The notes under the pieces were generated by a model. It was not told the DNA's origin. It was given only the letters and a program-made list of their open reading frames with translations, and made no database searches. From contig JAVCCL010000019.1 in NCBI GenBank assembly GCA_030765505.1, positions 3,516 through 67,515 of the forward strand: DNA of 64,000 nt, read 5' to 3'. The first letter of the stretch is position 1. Each line of letters begins with the position of its first letter. This DNA is from Candidatus Kaelpia imicola (lineage in GTDB: Bacteria > Omnitrophota > Gorgyraeia > Kaelpiales > Kaelpiaceae). Shown here piece after piece: positions 59,149 to 64,000 of the stretch. The translations under genes and the position numbers were made by a program.

Positions 59149-61545
59149 ATGAAAAAAGTATTCTGTTCTCTAATCCTTGTTTTTATTATATCTTCTTTTT
59201 GGTCCCGGGTTTTTGCAGGAGAGGAAGAGGATTATTCTGCCCTTAAGCAGAGCTTTAGCGATAGTTTCTATAGCCTTGCTTTAAACGGTTGTAATGCTTT
59301 TTTTAAAAAATATCCCAACTCCGATTTTAAGGAAGATCTCTCTTTAATCAAGGGTTTAGCACTATTTTATCTCAAAGAATATCCTCAGGCGGTTGGGATA
59401 TTTGAAACTCTTCGAAATTCAAAAGATGCCAGGATAAGGCAGGAGGCTATTTTCTATCTCGGTAAACTCTATGCTTTAAGTAGAGAGTATGATAAAGCTA
59501 TTGAACTCTTGACCCAGCTTTTTGAATTAAATGAAGATGTTGTTCTGGGCAGTTTAGCCGGCTATGAACTGGGGTTGATTTACTTTAATAAGAGAGACTA
59601 CAGCAAGGCCGTTGAATATTGGGAAGAAGTTTTGAAGAGGCCGGCTATATCGGAAGATATAAGAGCAGAGTTGATACATAATTTGGTTCAGGCGTATATT
59701 AAGGTTGAAAATATAGATAAGGCTAAAACAGCTATTAAAGATAGTATAGATAAAAAGACGGCGGAGTATTATTTTTTGAGAGGCAAGGTAGACTATTTAA
59801 ACAAAGAGTATCTATCTAGCCTCGATAAGTTTAATCAAATTGTCCAATCCGATTTCTCTCCCTTTTGGATACAGAAAGCAGAGCTATCTAAAGTGTGGGT
59901 CTATATAGATATTGAACGTTACAGAGAAGCTGAAGAGATTCTTTCCTTGCTAGAAGATATAGTCTTAAAAGATCTTGAGGATGAGTTGTTTTATTTGAAA
60001 CCATTTCTATTTTATAAGAAGTCTAAATTTAGTCCGGCAATAAGAAATTACCAACGTTTTATCTATAGGTATAAAGATTCTGATTGGTATCAGAAAGCTT
60101 TTATAGAGCTAGTCGATTGTTATTACAATGTCAATAAACTTTTGCAGGCAGAGAAGATGGCCTTAAAATTCTTGGCTAAAGAACTCTCTTCTGACTCTGC
60201 CGATCGAATGCGCCATATGCTAGGCTGGGTCTATTACAAAAAAGGCGATTTAGAGAAAGCAGTTGTAGAGTTTGAATCAGTAGCCAATAATAGTAAAGAT
60301 ATAGACTTAAAGATAAATTCTTTATGTAGGGTAGGAGATCTTTTAGCAGAGATGGGTAGGACCGAAGAAGCAATGGATGAATATAATCTGATTTTAAGGG
60401 AGTATCCGGATTCACTCTATGCTGAGTATGCACAGTATCAGCTGGGTATATACTTGTTTCAGAAAGGAGATTATGAAGGTGCTATTTTAGCCTTTCGCGC
60501 TGCTATAGAGAACTTTCCTTCCTCACTCTTGCTTGATAAAGTACACTTCTATCTTGCCGGGGCCTATTTTAAACAGGGTGATTATGAAATGGCTTTAACT
60601 GAGATCGAAGCTTTTCTTGGTTCTGGACCCAGAGAAGACTTCAGAAAGAAAGCCTCTATCCAAAAAGCAGTCTTGCTTTACAATCTTGGGGATTACAGGG
60701 AAGCTGAAGAGTTCATCAAGGGTAGCGAAATTTTGGATCCCGACCCCTATGCCCACTTCGTTTTAGCCAAGGTATATTTAAAAGATAAAAAATTTCAAGA
60801 TGCGGATAGAGAGTATGATTGGCTGAAAGAGAATTTGGACGATCCGGATATGCTTGCATACTTCTATTTTCATAGAGCCGAATTAGATTTCTATCTTAAA
60901 GAATGGGATAGAGCCTGCTCTAATTTCCAGAATGCTTATCAGATAGCCAGAAAGGAGTATCTTAAAGAGCAGTCTTTATATTGGCAGGGCTGGTGCTATT
61001 ATAATAAAAATGATTTAGAGAAAGCGTTTGATATATTTGATATTTTAAAAGATTCTAAAACTCTCTCTCAAGAGGCAAGATATAATATAGCTTTGATTTT
61101 TAATGCTCAAGGCAGAGCTGAGCAGGCTATAAAGGTTTTAGAAGCTATAGCCGGTCAAGAAGGGCGGTTTAAGAGACTTGCAGTGCTAAAACTCGGCGAT
61201 ATTTATAAGGAGAGAAATAATCGTCAGAAGGCTTTAGGGCAATATCGTAGCCTGGAGGTCTCTCCTTACGATATAATTGCTGCCGAAGCCAGTTTTAAGA
61301 TCGGGGAGATCTATGAAGTCGAGAATAAGGTTGAGGATGCTATCCTGCAGTATTTAAGCCTCTCTGTTTTATATAGCGCAGAGTTATCTTTTGTAAATAA
61401 ATCAAGGATTCGGTGTGCCAGGTTACTGGAGAGAGAGGCTAGATATGAAGAGGCAGAAAAAATCTATAGAGAGGTAGCTATTACATCTTCTGAAGAAGCT
61501 GTATATGCGAAGGCAAGGTTAAAGAGATTAGAAGAATTAAAATAA
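59149..61545 (+). CDS. Secreted tetratricopeptide-repeat protein (798 aa)
   Basis: Signal peptide, then many TPR-like units (W/LG/Y/A/F/A/P spacing, for example AEYAQYQLGIYLFQKGDYEGAILAFRAAIENFP). Confidence 0.7.
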   Translation: MKKVFCSLILVFIISSFWSRVFAGEEEDYSALKQSFSDSFYSLALNGCNAFFKKYPNSDFKEDLSLIKGLALFYLKEYPQAVGIFETLRNSKDARIRQEAIFYLGKLYALSREYDKAIELLTQLFELNEDVVLGSLAGYELGLIYFNKRDYSKAVEYWEEVLKRPAISEDIRAELIHNLVQAYIKVENIDKAKTAIKDSIDKKTAEYYFLRGKVDYLNKEYLSSLDKFNQIVQSDFSPFWIQKAELSKVWVYIDIERYREAEEILSLLEDIVLKDLEDELFYLKPFLFYKKSKFSPAIRNYQRFIYRYKDSDWYQKAFIELVDCYYNVNKLLQAEKMALKFLAKELSSDSADRMRHMLGWVYYKKGDLEKAVVEFESVANNSKDIDLKINSLCRVGDLLAEMGRTEEAMDEYNLILREYPDSLYAEYAQYQLGIYLFQKGDYEGAILAFRAAIENFPSSLLLDKVHFYLAGAYFKQGDYEMALTEIEAFLGSGPREDFRKKASIQKAVLLYNLGDYREAEEFIKGSEILDPDPYAHFVLAKVYLKDKKFQDADREYDWLKENLDDPDMLAYFYFHRAELDFYLKEWDRACSNFQNAYQIARKEYLKEQSLYWQGWCYYNKNDLEKAFDIFDILKDSKTLSQEARYNIALIFNAQGRAEQAIKVLEAIAGQEGRFKRLAVLKLGDIYKERNNRQKALGQYRSLEVSPYDIIAAEASFKIGEIYEVENKVEDAILQYLSLSVLYSAELSFVNKSRIRCARLLEREARYEEAEKIYREVAITSSEEAVYAKARLKRLEELK

Positions 61546-61557
61546 AGGAGGTAGTAT

Positions 61558-62175
61558 ATGTGGAGCATGATTAGAGAAGGCGGACCGTTGATGTATCTTA
61601 TACTCTTATGTTCTGTTGTTGCATTTACGGTGATTATCGAAAGAATTATAACTTTAAGCAGAGCTAAGATAGATGTCCCTGCTTTTATGGATAAAGTTCT
61701 TGATGCCGTTAGAAGAAATAGGATTATGGCTGCAATAGAGATGTGCGATAGAACTTTTTCTCCCGTTGCAAGCATTATAAAAGCAGGGCTGCTTAAGCAG
61801 GCTGCAAGCAGGCAGGAGATCAAAGAAGCCATGGAAGAAGCTGCCTTAGTCGAGGTTCCAAAACTTGAAAAGAATCTCAATATTCTTGCAACTTTAGCCC
61901 ATGTGACTCCGCTCATAGGCCTTCTGGGTACTGTTACGGGTATGATTCAGGCATTTCAGGTAATTCAAGAGAAAGCCGGTGCGTTGAGCCCTGTTAGCCC
62001 GGGAGATTTGGCCGGCGGTATTTGGGAGGCTTTAACTACTACGGTAGGAGGCCTCTCCGTGGCTATCCCTACTCTTGTGGCTTATAATTTTTTGGTTACG
62101 AAGGTGGATAGTTTTGTTATCAATATGGAGAGAGCCTCAACAGAGCTGGTACAGGTTGTAAAAGGAGAGAAATAA
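61558..62175 (+). CDS. MotA/TolQ/ExbB-family proton-channel protein
   Basis: Three TM segments with the conserved ...TLAHVTPLIGLLGTVTGMIQAF... signature. 205 aa. Confidence 0.85.
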   Translation: MWSMIREGGPLMYLILLCSVVAFTVIIERIITLSRAKIDVPAFMDKVLDAVRRNRIMAAIEMCDRTFSPVASIIKAGLLKQAASRQEIKEAMEEAALVEVPKLEKNLNILATLAHVTPLIGLLGTVTGMIQAFQVIQEKAGALSPVSPGDLAGGIWEALTTTVGGLSVAIPTLVAYNFLVTKVDSFVINMERASTELVQVVKGEK

Positions 62176-62615
62176 TGAGATCTAAGGCTGTAAATTTTAG
62201 ACCCGGCGGATTCAATATTCCCCGTAAGACCTGTTTGCTCAAAGGAGATATAGATATTACGCCTCTCATTGATTGCGTATTTCTTCTGCTTATATTTTTT
62301 ATGCTTTCATCTTCTTTTGTTAGGCCTGCCGGTATAATTGTCAATCTTCCCAAAACTGTAACAGCAGAGGTTTTAAGAGAGGAGAAGTTTGTTATAGTTA
62401 TAACAAGCGATAATATAATACACCTGGAGGAAGAGGTGGTTACGGTAGATGATTTAAAAGAGGTTTTGGCTCAGAGAAAACAGAAGATAGACTCTCTGCT
62501 TATCAAAGCTGATGAAGAGGCTTCTCTGGGTAAGATCATTGAAGTCTGGGATATGTGCAGAGAACTTGGAATTGAGAAATTGAATATTGCGACTTTACAG
62601 GTAAGAATAGATTGA
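62175..62615 (+). CDS. ExbD/TolR-family biopolymer transport protein
   Basis: N-terminal DITPLIDCVFLLLIFFM TM region with the conserved Asp, then a periplasmic domain. 146 aa. ATGA overlap with the upstream gene. Confidence 0.8.
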   Translation: MRSKAVNFRPGGFNIPRKTCLLKGDIDITPLIDCVFLLLIFFMLSSSFVRPAGIIVNLPKTVTAEVLREEKFVIVITSDNIIHLEEEVVTVDDLKEVLAQRKQKIDSLLIKADEEASLGKIIEVWDMCRELGIEKLNIATLQVRID

Positions 62616-63148
62616 AAGTGTTTGTTTTGGCTTTTATCCTTTCTTTTCTCTGGCATGGTATTTTTATTTTTTTGATTCAGCCCGATTTTCTTAAAATAGA
62701 GATTGATTTTGGTATTCCCAAGATAAAGTTCTGGGGAAAGGTTTTTCAGAGTATTCGACCGTATCCCGATAGACAGGCAGCAGATAGAGAAGAGGCATTT
62801 TTTTTAGAGGAATTATTTAACTCAGAAATTACCCCAGAAAGGTTTTCCAAGGAACCCTACAGAGTCTCTTATCAGCCTCTGCTTTCGGTAAAGAGTAAGC
62901 CGGATCTAAAGGATATAGATTTGAGCAGGCAAGATTTAAAAGAGTATATTGTAGTTTCATCCGGCTTGGGAGTTCGGGGGTTGAGTTATACTGTCGAAAT
63001 TGATGATAATTCGCAGCCTATTATGGTGATAGCAGACACTATGAGCGGTGACTTTATTCAGGATTCCGAAAATTGGATAAAGATAAAAACAAGTTTTTTC
63101 TATTCTCCGATTAAGAGAGAGATTCTGTTTTCCGGAGAGGAGCTATGA
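62612..63148 (+). CDS. Membrane-anchored hypothetical protein, possibly a divergent TonB/TolA-like energy transducer
   Basis: N-terminal TM helix VFVLAFILSFLWHGIFIFLI directly after ExbB/ExbD. No Pro-rich spacer. Assignment by context only. Confidence 0.3.
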   Translation: MKVFVLAFILSFLWHGIFIFLIQPDFLKIEIDFGIPKIKFWGKVFQSIRPYPDRQAADREEAFFLEELFNSEITPERFSKEPYRVSYQPLLSVKSKPDLKDIDLSRQDLKEYIVVSSGLGVRGLSYTVEIDDNSQPIMVIADTMSGDFIQDSENWIKIKTSFFYSPIKREILFSGEEL

Positions 63149-63378
63149 GTCTTAAATTAGAATGGATAATATTCCTATTTTTGTTCTTACCCTTATCAGC
63201 CATTATCCTGCTCTGGTTATTTTCGTGTCAAGAGAGAAAAGGTGAGAGCCAGCTTAGGAGAGATAAGATTTGGGAGTGTGAGATATGCTATGGTGTCTAC
63301 AGAGCAGATGGCAGGGACGAGATAAGTAAGTGTCCTCTCTGCGGCAGCTATAATAAAAGAGGGCCAGCATCTTTTTAG
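63145..63378 (+). CDS. Small membrane protein with a C-terminal CxxC...CxxC zinc-ribbon
   Basis: TM helix IIFLFLFLPLSAIILLWLF, then CEICYGV...CPLCGSY. Overlaps the upstream gene by 4 nt. Confidence 0.4.
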   Translation: MSLKLEWIIFLFLFLPLSAIILLWLFSCQERKGESQLRRDKIWECEICYGVYRADGRDEISKCPLCGSYNKRGPASF

Positions 63379-63405
63379 TTTATTTTTTTATCTTTTTAAG
63401 ATAAA

Positions 63406-63624
63406 ATGAATTTAACAAGGAGAGAGATGATTACCGAAGTTGGAATAGTGGCTGGAGAGATTTGGAACTATCTTGATAAAAACGGCAGAGTCTCTCTTAA
63501 AAAACTCATTTCAAATATAGAGAAGCCTAAAGAGATAATTCTCATGAGCTTGGGCTGGCTGGCCAGAGAGGGCCATGTTGTTTTAGAAGGGAAGAAAGAT
63601 TACAAAATAAGTCTTAGGAAATAA
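63406..63624 (+). CDS. Small winged-helix-like protein (72 aa)
   Basis: GIVAGEIWNYLDKNGRVSLKKLISNIEKPKEIILMSLGWLAREGHVVLEG has a wHTH-like helix-turn-helix-wing pattern. GGAG RBS. Confidence 0.4.
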   Translation: MNLTRREMITEVGIVAGEIWNYLDKNGRVSLKKLISNIEKPKEIILMSLGWLAREGHVVLEGKKDYKISLRK

Positions 63625-63796
63625 TCTCCTTCTTAATTCCATGTTATTGTAACCCGTCTGTTTAAACATCTCCGTAGAGATATTATATTATAGTAAAAGT
63701 AATTTCTTGACAATAGAGTTGAAATAAGCTAAAAAGAATATAGTCTATATGAAGTTAATATTATAGGAGTAAATTGAGTTAAGAGGAATTAATATT

Positions 63797-64000
63797 ATGG
63801 GTAAGTTAATGGATGTTAGTGAACTGGCTGATTATCTTAAGCTTGAGAAGCAAACTATATATAATTGGTTGCATAAAAAGAAGATCTCAGGTATTAAAGT
63901 CGGCAGGGTCTGGAGATTTGATAAGAATAGTGTTGATGAATGGCTGAATTCACGCATAGTTCCTGCTAACCCCAGAGACGATAAAGAGACAAAAACACTT
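63797..64000 (+). CDS. Excisionase/AlpA-type HTH DNA-binding protein (partial, runs off the window end)
   Basis: ATG after an AAGAGGAA RBS. LMDVSELADYLKLEKQTIYNWLHKKKISGIKVGRVWRFDKNSVDEWL matches the excisionase-family HTH (TIGR01764-type) pattern (...VKIG.RWRF....L.EWL). Confidence 0.5.
   Translation, partial: MGKLMDVSELADYLKLEKQTIYNWLHKKKISGIKVGRVWRFDKNSVDEWLNSRIVPANPRDDKETKTL

Overview
This window is a compact, low-GC bacterial chromosome segment (standard genetic code; TGA is used as a stop) that spans the replication origin. The strongest candidate for an undescribed system is an atypical five-gene RND-type envelope operon (8272-19507), whose 5' end carries a cluster of an over-represented 12-mer palindrome (19384-19523). 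On the minus strand lies dnaA, then a candidate oriC with three perfect and one near-perfect DnaA boxes, dnaN, a DUF721/DciA-like gene, gyrB and gyrA. Diverging on the plus strand are rpmH (TTG start), rnpA, yidD, yidC, a parS-like palindrome, parA and parB, followed by ndk, yicC, remA-like, gmk, rpoZ, a split coaC/coaB pair, tRNA-Cys/Leu/Val, thrS, infC, rpmI, rplT, trkH/trkA, pheS/pheT, rarA, a frameshifted uvrA and a TPR-ExbB-ExbD module. The left half holds a small glycan-utilisation locus (GT2, an alpha/alpha-barrel glycoside-hydrolase-like protein with CBM-like domains, a ROK regulator, an orphan sugar-binding protein), the RND operon noted above, four secreted hypothetical proteins, rsmI, glmS and tRNA-Glu. 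The operon reads: a long outer-membrane factor with extra N- and C-terminal domains, a membrane fusion protein, two tandem RND permeases (the second with a C-terminal winged-helix DNA-binding-type domain), and a translationally coupled coiled-coil membrane protein that shares a C-terminal beta-domain with the outer-membrane factor. The same ATGATACGGT(TA)/TAACCGTATCAT repeat family recurs in-frame inside yidC. Coordinates that I placed by eye (tRNAs, repeats, small sites) may be off by 1-2 nt; CDS coordinates follow the supplied ORF track except where I moved a start.
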